Below are positions 10,937 through 20,486 of a stretch of DNA of 64,000 nt, in pieces. Each line of letters begins with the position of its first letter. Position 1 is the first letter of the stretch. The stretch comes from Gammaproteobacteria bacterium. GTDB lineage: Bacteria; Pseudomonadota; Gammaproteobacteria; Eutrophobiales; Eutrophobiaceae. The notes beneath the pieces are model-generated. The model had not been told where the DNA came from, ran no database searches, and worked only from the letters and a program-made list of their open reading frames with translations. The stretch spans positions 4,160,001-4,224,000 of the forward strand of contig OZ220696.1 of NCBI GenBank assembly GCA_965116495.1, read 5' to 3'. A program made the position numbers and the translations under genes.

Positions 10937-10970
10937 AATCATCACCAGAGGTCGCGGGCAGATGTCCGGT

Positions 10971-11030
10971 TTAATATGGATTTACAGGATAAATATTACT
11001 AATCCTGTTTATCCTGTCCATCCATGTGAA
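10971..11030. repeat. inverted repeat, family C (short copy)
   Basis: TTAATATGGATTTACAGGAT ... ATCCTGTCCATCCATGTGAA; matches the arms at 61607-61794 and a half copy at 5240-5260. Confidence 0.7.
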
Positions 11031-11034
11031 GCAA

Positions 11035-12804
11035 TCAGAACTGTTCCTCATCCAGCGCCATGATCGTTCCGCTGCCTGCCCGGATGGACGAGAAATGCCC
11101 GCTGCTCCGGGGCAGGTAGTGCTCGGCGTAGAACCTGGCCGTTATGATCTTGCTCCGGTAAAAGTCATCATCTGAGGTGGTGGACCTTGCCGAGGCAACC
11201 AGCGCCGCCCGGGCCATTTGCCAGCCACCGCAGACGTAACCCATCAGCATGAGAAAATTGATGGCGACGGAACCGGGCGCGTTGTAATCACCCTGGTAGT
11301 TGTCCAGCAGCCAGCCTGTTGCCTGCTCCAGTTTTCCGGTCCCATCGTCCAGGGCGTGTTTTATGACTGTCTGGTTGACGTCGGCATCGGACAGTCCGGT
11401 TATGGTTTGCCTGATCTCGCCGATGAGGTCCCCGATGGCCTTGCCGTTGTCTTTGATAACCTTGCGCCCGACCAGGTCCTGGGCCTGGATACCGTTGGTC
11501 CCTTCATAAATGCTGGTAATGCGGGCATCCCGGTAATGCTGGGCAGCGCCGGTTTCCTCGATATAACCCATGCCGCCATGCACCTGTACCCCCAGGGAGG
11601 TGATTTCCTGGGCCAGTTCGGTGGACCAGGCCTTGACTACCGGCGTCAGCAGGGCAAACCTTTCACCGTGATTACCGCCGTCCGGAGAATGGTTCATGTG
11701 GTCCAGCGTGGCCGCGCTGATGTAGGCGAGCGCGCGCATCGCCTCGCAACCGGATTTCATCAGCATCAGCATACGCCGCACATCCGCATGCTCTATGATC
11801 CTGGCGCGCCCGGGTTGTCCCGGGATCTTGCCCTGTTCGCGCTCTTTCGCGTAGCTCAGCGCCTGCTGGTAGGCGCGCTCGCTGATACTGAGTCCCTGTA
11901 TGCCGACTGACAGGCGGGCGTGGTTCATCATGGTGAACATGCAGGCTATGCCGTTATGCTTTGCGCCCACCAGGTAACCGTGCGCGCCGCCGTTATCGCC
12001 ATAACTCATGACGCAGGTCGGACTGCTGTGGATGCCCAGTTTATGCTCGATGGATACCGGGTAGACGTCGTTGCGGCGGCCGGTGGAACCGTCCGCGTTG
12101 ACCAGGTACTTGGGTACCAGGAACAGGCTGATGCCCCTGATGCCCGGCGGCGCGTCAGGCAGACGGGCCAGGACCAGGTGGAGGATATTGTCCGTCAAGT
12201 CATGGTCTCCCCACGTGATGAATATTTTCCGGCCGGACAGCAGGTAGGTGTCGCCGTTGGGTACGGCCCGGGTCTTTATCGCTGCCAGGTCGGAACCGGC
12301 CTGGGGTTCAGTCAGGTTCATGGTCCCGGCCCATTCACCCGAAACCAGCTTCGGCAGAAATATGGCCTTCATGTCGTGAGAGCCGTGTATGCCCAGGGCA
12401 ACCGCGCAGCCTTCCGTCAGCATGGGGCACAGGGCAAATGCCATGTTGGCGGACTGCCAGATTTCATTGGTCGCGGCTGCGACGAGTTCCGGCAGCCCCT
12501 GGCCGCCGTATTTGGGTTCGAACGGCAGTGACGCCCAGCCGCCTTCCACAAATGCCTGGTAGGCGTCATTAAATCCTTCGGGAGGGATAACCCTGTCATC
12601 TGTAAAGCCCGCGCCGGCCGTGTCTCCCGGCTGGTTAAGCGGCGCAAGTACTTCAGCGGCAAATCTTCCCGCTTCGTCAAGTACCGCATCAACTATCTCT
12701 GCCGTGGCTTCTTCGAGCCCGGGCAGTTGATTGACGTCTGACAGCCCTGCCAGTTCATTCAGTACAAAGCGCATGTCGCGCGTGGGGGCGGAGTAATTAC
12801 TCAT
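11035..12804 (-). CDS. acyl-CoA dehydrogenase, DmdC-like subfamily
   Basis: GTMNLTEPQAGSDL, KIFITWGDHD, SIEHKLGIHSSPTC, QVHGGMGYIEETG, IYEGTNGIQAQDL. Confidence 0.9.
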   Translation of the reverse strand: MSNYSAPTRDMRFVLNELAGLSDVNQLPGLEEATAEIVDAVLDEAGRFAAEVLAPLNQPGDTAGAGFTDDRVIPPEGFNDAYQAFVEGGWASLPFEPKYGGQGLPELVAAATNEIWQSANMAFALCPMLTEGCAVALGIHGSHDMKAIFLPKLVSGEWAGTMNLTEPQAGSDLAAIKTRAVPNGDTYLLSGRKIFITWGDHDLTDNILHLVLARLPDAPPGIRGISLFLVPKYLVNADGSTGRRNDVYPVSIEHKLGIHSSPTCVMSYGDNGGAHGYLVGAKHNGIACMFTMMNHARLSVGIQGLSISERAYQQALSYAKEREQGKIPGQPGRARIIEHADVRRMLMLMKSGCEAMRALAYISAATLDHMNHSPDGGNHGERFALLTPVVKAWSTELAQEITSLGVQVHGGMGYIEETGAAQHYRDARITSIYEGTNGIQAQDLVGRKVIKDNGKAIGDLIGEIRQTITGLSDADVNQTVIKHALDDGTGKLEQATGWLLDNYQGDYNAPGSVAINFLMLMGYVCGGWQMARAALVASARSTTSDDDFYRSKIITARFYAEHYLPRSSGHFSSIRAGSGTIMALDEEQF

Positions 12805-12907
12805 TTCTATCGTGTCGTGCTGGCGGAAGCCAGCATCCAGTTAATTTTACCTTTTATACCATTGTTCCTCGATACCGGCTTGAGCCGGTATGACGTTATT
12901 TGACAAA

Positions 12908-13825
12908 TCAGCAATACAGACGGGCGCCGTATCTTTCCTTGAACTGGTCACAGTCCTGGATGAGAGTATGCGTGGTTCTGGGCATCGGGACCCGGTAATT
13001 GGTCAGGTCCTCAATCAGTGTGCCGCAACGGTGGAAGATATCTATCCCGCGTTTCCCCAGTGCATGTTCGCGCCGGGTGGCGTCCTCGCCAAAAGCAGGC
13101 TGACAGTCGGCAACCTGTTCCGCTGCACTGACGAAACGCGGCCAGATCTCAATGATGGCCGGATCGCTACGAAGTGTTTCCATGGTACTCTTGGCGCTGA
13201 CAGCCAGTTCCTCAATCAGTTGCACCAGGTTGCCGAACATCGCCGACGCCGCGAATACTTCATTCATTTTGCCGGTAAGCTCATCGATTTCCTGCATGGT
13301 GTGCGCAATCTTGATATAGCGGCTTTCCAGGAAACGTTCAACAGGTGTGGTGAAGGCCCTGAAAGGTTCTCCCCAGAGCTCTTCCAGCCCCTCCCGGCCG
13401 TGTTTGACGCGGATGTATTTCCCGTATTCAAGCGCGCCCATGAAACAAAGGCCGCATTCGCGCAGCAATTCGTTTTCCGGTTTGATGGTGACGCCAATCT
13501 GTTCCAGTTCGACGACGCGAGTCAGGATGTCGGCGCCGCGGTTCAACAGGGCGCCGGCCAGCATGGCAGCCAGCACGCGTTTTCTGGATGAGTTTTCTTC
13601 CTGCTCATACCTGTGCCGCACCTCTTCAAGTTTATTGCCGGGGGTATTGATTCCGGGTTCTACGTGGTGAAAGACCCGGCGGGTCAACTGGTCGATGAGG
13701 GATTTTTTATAAGCAAGATTGTTCGGTACGTCGTAGTAGCGGATCCAGTAACCGTCGAAGTAGATACGTTCCTGTCCGTCTATTTGCCTGATTGTGCCGT
13801 TAGCGACTTCCTGGAGCATACTCAC
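12908..13825 (-). CDS. hypothetical helical protein
   Basis: 305-aa ORF with natural-looking composition (IYFDGYWIRYY, LTRRVFHHVEPGINTPG, EELWGEPF); 46 bp downstream of shc on the same strand. Confidence 0.75.
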   Translation of the reverse strand: MSMLQEVANGTIRQIDGQERIYFDGYWIRYYDVPNNLAYKKSLIDQLTRRVFHHVEPGINTPGNKLEEVRHRYEQEENSSRKRVLAAMLAGALLNRGADILTRVVELEQIGVTIKPENELLRECGLCFMGALEYGKYIRVKHGREGLEELWGEPFRAFTTPVERFLESRYIKIAHTMQEIDELTGKMNEVFAASAMFGNLVQLIEELAVSAKSTMETLRSDPAIIEIWPRFVSAAEQVADCQPAFGEDATRREHALGKRGIDIFHRCGTLIEDLTNYRVPMPRTTHTLIQDCDQFKERYGARLYC

Positions 13826-13871
13826 CCACTAGTTCACCTGTCATCTACTGAGGGTCTGGCGTTGCCTGTAG

Positions 13872-15944
13872 TCAATTGAATCTCGATTGGTAGTGTTCAT
13901 TGTTCAGCGCGGGCAATACGCCCAGGTCGACGGGCCCTTCCCGGACCAGAGTATCCTGGCGGGTTTCCAGCCCTTGCCGGTAACGGGTGTAGACCCCCAG
14001 CGCCCAGACCGGGAAATAGTGGCTGTAACCATGGTAGCGCAGGTAGAACACCCGGGGGAAGCCGGTGCCGGTGAACGCTGTTTCCTTCCAGCCCTTTGCA
14101 CCGTCAAAATTACGCACCAGGTAATTAATGCCTTTTTCCACTTCTTCAGAGTCTGTTTCACCCATTGCCATCAGGCCCAGCAATGCCCATGCGGTTTGTG
14201 AAGCGGTGCTGTCTCCAGACCCACCCAGGTCCGGTTCACTGTATGAGTCACAGCTTTCACCCCAGCCGCCGTCCCTGTTCTGGATGTCTTTCAACCATTT
14301 TACTGCTTTGCGCAGGTAGGGCTGATTCGGATCCTCACCAAGGGCGCCCAGACCGACCAGTACGGCCCAGGTTCCGTAGATATAATTCACGCCCCAGCGG
14401 CCGAACCAGGCGCCGCAGGGTTCCTGGTCCTGCTGCAGGAATTCAACCGCGCGGGCAATGGGGGGGAAACTCTTGTCATAGCCGAGCATGGCCAGCATTT
14501 CAATACAACGCCCGGTCAGGTCGGCAGTGCTGGGGTCGACCAGCGCCCCGTGGTCGGCGAAGGGTATGTTGTTCAGGTATTCGTAATGGTTATCGATATC
14601 GAAAGCGCCCCAGCCGCCATCCGTATTCTGCATGCCGATTATCCAGTTGACCGCCTGGGCAATACGCTTTTTCTTGTCCGGATTATTATGCGCACCGACG
14701 CGCAATAAGGCCATCACCACCATACTGGTATCATCGACGTCAGGATAAAACTCGTTTTCAAACTGGAATGCCCAGCCGCCGCCTTCCAAGCCCGGTGCCT
14801 TGCTGATCCAGTCTCCCTGGACAAATACCTGTTTGTCGAACAGCCAGTCCGTAGCCGGTTTAATAGCCTTGTTGTCCGGTCTCAGGCCGGCTTCTGACAG
14901 GGCGGACAGGCTCAGGCAGGTATCCCAGATTGGTGACACGCAGGGTTGCACGTAAGTCCGGGTTTCTTCCTCGATTACCAGGTCTTCTATAGCCTGTATG
15001 CCGCGTTTCAGGTCCGGGTCGGTCGCATCATGGCCGAGCAGCCTGAGCGCATAGACCGCATTTGCCATGGCCGGAAAAATGGCGCCGATACCGCCCTCTC
15101 CGCGCATGTGATCGCGGGTCCAGGTTTCCAGCCTGCGGATGGAAAGACGCCTGATGAACCCGGGAACCAGCGGTTCCAGCAGCTTGAGCAGGCGGTCCGC
15201 CAGGATAAAACAGTTTTTGATGTGGTTCCCCGGAATAAATTTATCAATATGTTTCAAAGATTCCGGTTCCTGTATGAACAGTTCCCTGATGCTTGCGCCC
15301 TTATGTACCGGCCGGTGAGAGAAGATTAATAACAGAGGTACAATGACGCAACGCGACCAGTAGGAAACCTTGCTCAGGCTGAAAAACCACCAGTGCGGCA
15401 GCCAGGCGATCTCCGCCGGCATGGCCGGCACGGTGCTCCAGGGTACCTGGCCGAATATCGCGAGCAGGATTCGGGTAAACACGTTGACCGATTCAGCGCC
15501 CCCGTTATTCCGTACCCAAGTACAAGCCCGTTGCATCAGTTCTGCCGCAGGATCATGGCCGGCCGTTTTCAGGGCAAAATAGGCTTTCACGGTGGCGCTG
15601 ATATTGCCGGCGCCGCCTTCGTACAGGGGCCAGCTTCCGTCGGGCAATTGCAGGCTGATTATATAATCGGCCAGGCGTTGCTCGCGCGCCGCATCAACCG
15701 TGCCCAGCAGGTGTTGCAACAGGATATATTCGGACGGGATCGTCGTATCCGCTTCGAGGTCAAAACGCCAGTAACCGGCGTGGTACTGGCGATCCAGTAG
15801 AGCCGTGCCTGATTGCAGGAGCGTTTTGGCCAGGGGATCGGTCTGTGGAACCGGAACATTTGTCTCTTCCCGTCGCAGGAACCGGGCTGACAGTAATTCG
15901 CCAAATACCGTGTTTGTTATTGTTGCCGTACTTTGTTCAGACAT
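13872..15944 (-). CDS. shc: squalene-hopene cyclase
   Basis: Catalytic YPDVDDT (DXDD), QW repeats (QLPDGSW, MQNTDGGW, QNRDGGWGE), WFGRWGVNYIYGTW, TGTGFPRVFYLRYHGY. Confidence 0.95.
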   Translation of the reverse strand: MSEQSTATITNTVFGELLSARFLRREETNVPVPQTDPLAKTLLQSGTALLDRQYHAGYWRFDLEADTTIPSEYILLQHLLGTVDAAREQRLADYIISLQLPDGSWPLYEGGAGNISATVKAYFALKTAGHDPAAELMQRACTWVRNNGGAESVNVFTRILLAIFGQVPWSTVPAMPAEIAWLPHWWFFSLSKVSYWSRCVIVPLLLIFSHRPVHKGASIRELFIQEPESLKHIDKFIPGNHIKNCFILADRLLKLLEPLVPGFIRRLSIRRLETWTRDHMRGEGGIGAIFPAMANAVYALRLLGHDATDPDLKRGIQAIEDLVIEEETRTYVQPCVSPIWDTCLSLSALSEAGLRPDNKAIKPATDWLFDKQVFVQGDWISKAPGLEGGGWAFQFENEFYPDVDDTSMVVMALLRVGAHNNPDKKKRIAQAVNWIIGMQNTDGGWGAFDIDNHYEYLNNIPFADHGALVDPSTADLTGRCIEMLAMLGYDKSFPPIARAVEFLQQDQEPCGAWFGRWGVNYIYGTWAVLVGLGALGEDPNQPYLRKAVKWLKDIQNRDGGWGESCDSYSEPDLGGSGDSTASQTAWALLGLMAMGETDSEEVEKGINYLVRNFDGAKGWKETAFTGTGFPRVFYLRYHGYSHYFPVWALGVYTRYRQGLETRQDTLVREGPVDLGVLPALNNEHYQSRFN

Positions 15945-16046
15945 CGTTCCTGTACCACGAGGGACCTAAACGATTCATTCTAATCTCTCTTGTTAAATGT
16001 GCAAGTAATTTTTGTGAAATGACCGGTAGGAAGCCAAGCTCATTTA

Positions 16047-16109
16047 CCATTCCCGCGCAAGCGGGAATCCAGTGGATTTGCGAATGGATTCCTGCTTCCG
16101 CAGGAATGG
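16047..16109. repeat. REP-like doublet, family A
   Basis: CATTCCCGCGCAAGCGGGAATCCA ... TGGATTCCTGCTTCCGCAGGAATG, two palindromes in inverted arrangement. Confidence 0.8.
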
Positions 16110-16226
16110 GCGTATGCAATTTTCTGTTGTGCCTCCGGCATACTCCAGTGAAATGGCGGGCGCGGGTACAATCAACACGTTCCGGTTGTTTTCTGCGTTC
16201 CCGTTCATAACCGGGATTAATCCGGA

Positions 16227-17207
16227 TCAAAAATCCACAACCAGGGCCTCACCCGTTGCCTGTGCTTTTGCATGGATATGTTTGGCTGCGTACATATCCT
16301 GGGCGTTGACGCCGTGGGACTGGTACAGCGTGACCTGCCGGTCGTCCTGCCTGCCGGGAATTCCGCCTTGCAGCAACTCACCCAGTTCCCCGATGATATG
16401 GGTTTCATCGATAGCGCCTTCCTCAACGGGTATCATGATATCGCCTCCTTCATTGCGGGTGGATTCCATGAGGTCCACGTAGACTGAGGACTTGACAACC
16501 AGGTCAGTGTCGCTCTCCCGCGTGGCCAGGCTGTGGGCGCCGACCAGGTTGACGTGGGCGCCGGGTTTGACCCACTCGCCTGCCAATACGGGTTCGGGCG
16601 AGGTAGTGGTAGTACACACCAGGTCACAGGCGCCGGCTTCTGCCGGGTCGGCCGTTGCCCGCACCCTGATACCGGTGCGCTGTGCCTGTTCCCGGGCGAA
16701 AGCCTGCACCTTGTCCGGGCTGCGTCCCCACACGATAATCTCATCCACCGGCCGCACGGCGCGCATGGCGTCAATATGGGTGACCGCCTGTACACCGTTG
16801 CCGAAGATGCCGCAGGTGTGTGCGTCTGCGCGCGCCAGGAGCCGGGTCGCCAGGCCGGATGCAGCTGCGGTGCGGATTCCCGTCACCTCTGCGCCGTCAA
16901 TAATGGCCACAGGTGTGCCGCTGGTATGGTCGAACAGGGCGATAAAGCCCTGGATTGCGGGGAGTCCCCTGGCGGGATTGTCGGGAATCAGGTTGATCAC
17001 CTTGGCGCCGAACGCGGCGAGTTCGGTGGAGGAACCGGGCATCAGCACCAGCGTGCCGCTTTCATCGATGAGCGGAGCGACCAGCCGGGGGGGCATGGAT
17101 ATGGCGCCGGTGGTGGCGGCGATCATGGCGGGTTCCATGGCGTCTATGCATTCGTCCATGGGCAGCAGTTTACGCACGGCTGCGGCGTTGATGATGGTCA
17201 GTGGCAT
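16227..17207 (-). CDS. ornithine cyclodeaminase / mu-crystallin family protein
   Basis: GAKVINLIPDN, TGIRTAAASGLAT, FGNGVQA, HVNLVGA, GDIMIP, SHGVNAQD. Confidence 0.9.
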   Translation of the reverse strand: MPLTIINAAAVRKLLPMDECIDAMEPAMIAATTGAISMPPRLVAPLIDESGTLVLMPGSSTELAAFGAKVINLIPDNPARGLPAIQGFIALFDHTSGTPVAIIDGAEVTGIRTAAASGLATRLLARADAHTCGIFGNGVQAVTHIDAMRAVRPVDEIIVWGRSPDKVQAFAREQAQRTGIRVRATADPAEAGACDLVCTTTTSPEPVLAGEWVKPGAHVNLVGAHSLATRESDTDLVVKSSVYVDLMESTRNEGGDIMIPVEEGAIDETHIIGELGELLQGGIPGRQDDRQVTLYQSHGVNAQDMYAAKHIHAKAQATGEALVVDF

Positions 17208-17786
17208 ATTTTATTCTCCAGCGATAAAAGTACGGAAGTCTACCCGGCATGTACGGCAGTGACCAGTTTTTGTCAATCCCGTCGGCTTAATATCAGATAT
17301 ATCAATGCTTGACTATATTCGGCAATACCGTATGTTTGCTTCGTGAGTTTAATGTCTGTGAAGTTAAATTGGACAAGCAGCCAAACTGTAAATCGCATAC
17401 CGATGGAAGAAAGAGAACGTACCACCGGAAAAGAATTTATTTCCGGCCTCGAAAAATATAAATCAGCCATAGAGGATAAAAGCCACATCAGCAGGAAAAC
17501 ATTTACGTGGTCGTTTTCGGGAAGTAATCCAAAGCCTCGTATCAGGCCAGACAGTCGGACACTTGAATTGCCTTGACGTCACATATACCGGCTTATATTT
17601 AAATAATCAAGCCCCGTTCCTTATACACCCGTCAGTGAGCAGCGGAATAATCTTCGTCATCAGGGGGGAGGAGCAGGGTCAAGTGGTGAATTCGCCACAC
17701 AACGGCGGGGTCCGGTAAGCCCGGAACGTCTGGCTCCCTCCCGGATTACAGGTTAAGATTAACTGACATCTTGGGGAGGGTAACCG

Positions 17787-18110
17787 TTGGCAGACACGGC
17801 AACCGGTAACAGTGATGAGCTTATCCAGTCCATGGAGGATTACGAGCGCTCCAACGATGAGCTGGCCTTTCTATTCGGCCGGGAAACGGTGGAGCAGGCC
17901 GGTCAACTGGATATTGCCGACCTGAACCTGAACGAGGAGATCGTCGCATGTATTGCCGGCGGCATCAGGACCCTCAAGGAATTGCAGGATAACCCCGGCG
18001 CCCAGGTGAACTACATCAACGGCCTGGAACCTGGCGCGCGCCTGCTGCTCTGCCTGTGGGTGATGGATATGGGGTTGCTGGAAAAAATCCGCAAGCGTTC
18101 GTATTTATAG
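17787..18110 (+). CDS. hypothetical protein
   Basis: 107 aa, TTG start preceded by GGGGAGG RBS; stop abuts the convergent gene. Confidence 0.6.
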   Translation: MADTATGNSDELIQSMEDYERSNDELAFLFGRETVEQAGQLDIADLNLNEEIVACIAGGIRTLKELQDNPGAQVNYINGLEPGARLLLCLWVMDMGLLEKIRKRSYL

Positions 18111-19076
18111 GCCGGAATAGCCGGTGCAGATCTCCGCCATCAACTGCAGGTTGCAGTTGCCCCCCGACAGGATCCCGACAACCGTTTTCCCCTTGAGCCT
18201 GTCACGCAGTTTCCAGGCCGCGGCGGTTGACGCAGCGCCGGCCGGTTCGGCCAGGTTATGGGTGGCCTCCAGCAGCCAGGCCATGGCCTGTTTTAGATCA
18301 TCGTTGGTTACCAGGACTATGTCGTGGACCAGCCGGCGCATGATCTCCATTGTCATCTGCGCCGGCACCCGGGTCGCCAGGCCCTCGGCGATGGTGTCGA
18401 GCGAATCGTAGCGGACCATCTTCCCGCTCCTGAAAGATTCGGTTACCGCGGGCGCTCCCGCGGCCTGAACCCCGATCACCTGTGTTCCCGGGCTGCGTTC
18501 TGCCGCGACGATGGCGCTGCCGCAAATGCCGCTGCCCAGGCCGATAGGGACAATTAACACGTCAGGCGCCGTTTCCTCGTCAAATACTTCGTCGGCCATG
18601 GTGCCGACCCCGGCGATCAGTAGGGGCTCTTCGGCGGAATGCACGTAACGCAGCCCTCTCTCTTCCGTCAGCCTCTCACAATGGAGCTTCGCCTCGTCAA
18701 AATCCTTGCCATGCTCGATCAATTCGGCGCCCAGGGCGCGCATGGACTGGATTTTCCCCGGATTGCCGTGCTCAGGCACCACCAGGGTACAACTGACGCC
18801 GAACTGCCGCGCCGCGTACGCCAGTGACTGGCCGTGGTTGCCGGTGGTACAACTGATAATGCCCCGTTGCTTCTGTCCCTCAGGCAGGCGGCTCACCAGG
18901 TTGATGCCGCCGCGCACCTTGAACGCCCCGGTGGGCTGGTGGTTCTCGTGCTTTAACAGGTAACGGAATCCCAGCCGTTCTTTCAGCAGCGGCCATTCGT
19001 TCAGCAGGGTGGGGCGCAGGTACTGGTATACCTGTGCGCGGGACTGGATTACGTCTTTATAATCAACGGGGGGCAT
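18105..19076 (-). CDS. PLP-dependent threonine/serine dehydratase family protein
   Basis: KHENHQPTGAFKVRG (PLP lysine), TTGNHGQS, PIGLGSG, ILSGGN. Confidence 0.9.
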   Translation of the reverse strand: MPPVDYKDVIQSRAQVYQYLRPTLLNEWPLLKERLGFRYLLKHENHQPTGAFKVRGGINLVSRLPEGQKQRGIISCTTGNHGQSLAYAARQFGVSCTLVVPEHGNPGKIQSMRALGAELIEHGKDFDEAKLHCERLTEERGLRYVHSAEEPLLIAGVGTMADEVFDEETAPDVLIVPIGLGSGICGSAIVAAERSPGTQVIGVQAAGAPAVTESFRSGKMVRYDSLDTIAEGLATRVPAQMTMEIMRRLVHDIVLVTNDDLKQAMAWLLEATHNLAEPAGAASTAAAWKLRDRLKGKTVVGILSGGNCNLQLMAEICTGYSGL

Positions 19077-19094
19077 TCGGTCGACCTGACCCCA

Positions 19095-20030
19095 TCAAAG
19101 TCCGGGCTCCAGTCCGTACAGGCTGCGGTGAAAGATATCCTTATGGGCATCAAAGTAACCATGGGCAATATTCTTATGGCGCTGTTTTATCTCATTATAG
19201 AATGCCGGCAATGCATGGAAAGGCACCGATGGCGACAAATGGTGTTCCGCATGGTAAGGCATATTCCAGGCCAGCCAGCGAAACAGCGGGTTGACCAGTG
19301 TTGTCCGGGTATTCTCCAATAAGTCAGTGTTGTTTACCGACCGCCCGACATGTTCGGACATGCGCACCATACGCATATAGGGTTCGGCTAGAAACCTGGG
19401 GAACAGCCAGTAATACAATGGCACGGTAGTATCGTAAATTACCATACACGCGCCAATCGACGCATAAATCAACAACATGGCCCAGGCCTCGACAATGACT
19501 TTCCAGCGTTCTGTCCGGGGCAGGAACAGTTTTTCTTTCCGCGTAATGATGCCGCACAGGTGAATGACAAAAGGCTTTACAAAACCCCACCAGTAGGGCA
19601 GGGATGACAGGTAGAGAAAATAACCGAACAGGTTTTTCGGTTGCGGAATCAATTCCGGATCACGCAACCTGTTCTGGGTGTAGGAATGGTGTGCCGTGTG
19701 TTCCCAGCGAAAATAGACGTTCGGCAGCATGATGATTGCACCGAAAACCCAGCCGAAGAAGTCATTCAGCCAGCGCGTCCTGAAGGCGGTGCGATGGGCA
19801 AATTCATGCTGGGGGGAAAACAGGTGCACGATACCCACGCCGTGAAGACACATGGCAGGCACGAAGAAAATTGAATCAACGGACAGGTAAACCAGGTAAC
19901 CGGTAACGGAAAGAATAACGGCATGCCGCAAAAGGTACATCCATGCGTGTAGGTCGGTCCTCCGCATAAGTGTCCGCAGGCGTTTCCGATCCACGATTTC
20001 CTTGACTTGGTGTATATGTTCCAGGGTCAT
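19095..20030 (-). CDS. membrane di-iron desaturase-fold oxygenase, MocD-like
   Basis: His boxes HEFAH, HTAHH, HAEHH; RMSEH, ENTRTT, WNMPYH, PSVPFHALP as in the rhizopine MocD subfamily. Confidence 0.85.
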   Translation of the reverse strand: MTLEHIHQVKEIVDRKRLRTLMRRTDLHAWMYLLRHAVILSVTGYLVYLSVDSIFFVPAMCLHGVGIVHLFSPQHEFAHRTAFRTRWLNDFFGWVFGAIIMLPNVYFRWEHTAHHSYTQNRLRDPELIPQPKNLFGYFLYLSSLPYWWGFVKPFVIHLCGIITRKEKLFLPRTERWKVIVEAWAMLLIYASIGACMVIYDTTVPLYYWLFPRFLAEPYMRMVRMSEHVGRSVNNTDLLENTRTTLVNPLFRWLAWNMPYHAEHHLSPSVPFHALPAFYNEIKQRHKNIAHGYFDAHKDIFHRSLYGLEPGL

Positions 20031-20056
20031 GATCAGTTTATCCGGCGCATGAATAA

Positions 20057-20097
20057 ATGTTGCATAATAATAAACTATTTTGTATATTATACAACAT
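20057..20097. promoter_or_regulatory. inverted-repeat operator candidate in a divergent promoter
   Basis: ATGTTGCATAATA (20057-20069) and TATTATACAACAT (20085-20097), 12 of 13 complementary. Confidence 0.6.
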
Positions 20098-20158
20098 TAC
20101 TTATCTGTATAATGAAACAATCCGGTGTTATCAGTTTAATAATCAGATACACGATTAA

Positions 20159-20473
20159 ATGGTCGGACAGTGGCACATTATAGCCGGTTGTGATGATATT
20201 GAGGATGGTGACGGCATTACGGTAGTTATAGATAACAGGGAAATTGCCGTTTTTCGCTGCGGGCAGGACTTCTATGCAACAGACAATGTCTGCACCCATG
20301 CCAGGGCGCCGCTTGTCGATGGTTATCTCGATGGTGAGATCATAGAATGCCCGCTGCACCAGGGAAGGTTTGACCTGCGTAACGGCAGGGCGCTGTGTTC
20401 GCCGGCGACAGTCGACCTGAAAACCTATACAACCAGGACTGTAAACGGCGAGCTGCAGGTCAGGATTCAATGA
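20159..20473 (+). CDS. Rieske-type 2Fe-2S ferredoxin, MocE-like
   Basis: YATDNVCTH...IECPLHQGRFD Rieske ligands in a 104-aa protein. Confidence 0.9.
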   Translation: MVGQWHIIAGCDDIEDGDGITVVIDNREIAVFRCGQDFYATDNVCTHARAPLVDGYLDGEIIECPLHQGRFDLRNGRALCSPATVDLKTYTTRTVNGELQVRIQ

Positions 20474-20486
20474 AACGGGCTGACTA

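Noticed and set aside
15937-16230. 97-aa ORF upstream of shc
   Set aside because: Mostly translation of the family A doublet (IPAEAGIH...WIPACAGM)
17343-17576. 77-aa ORF
   Set aside because: No recognisable motif or clear RBS; cannot be supported as a gene
17640-17665. CTGATGA on the minus strand, suggesting a hammerhead ribozyme
   Set aside because: No stem II followed by GAAA and no matching cleavage-site geometry
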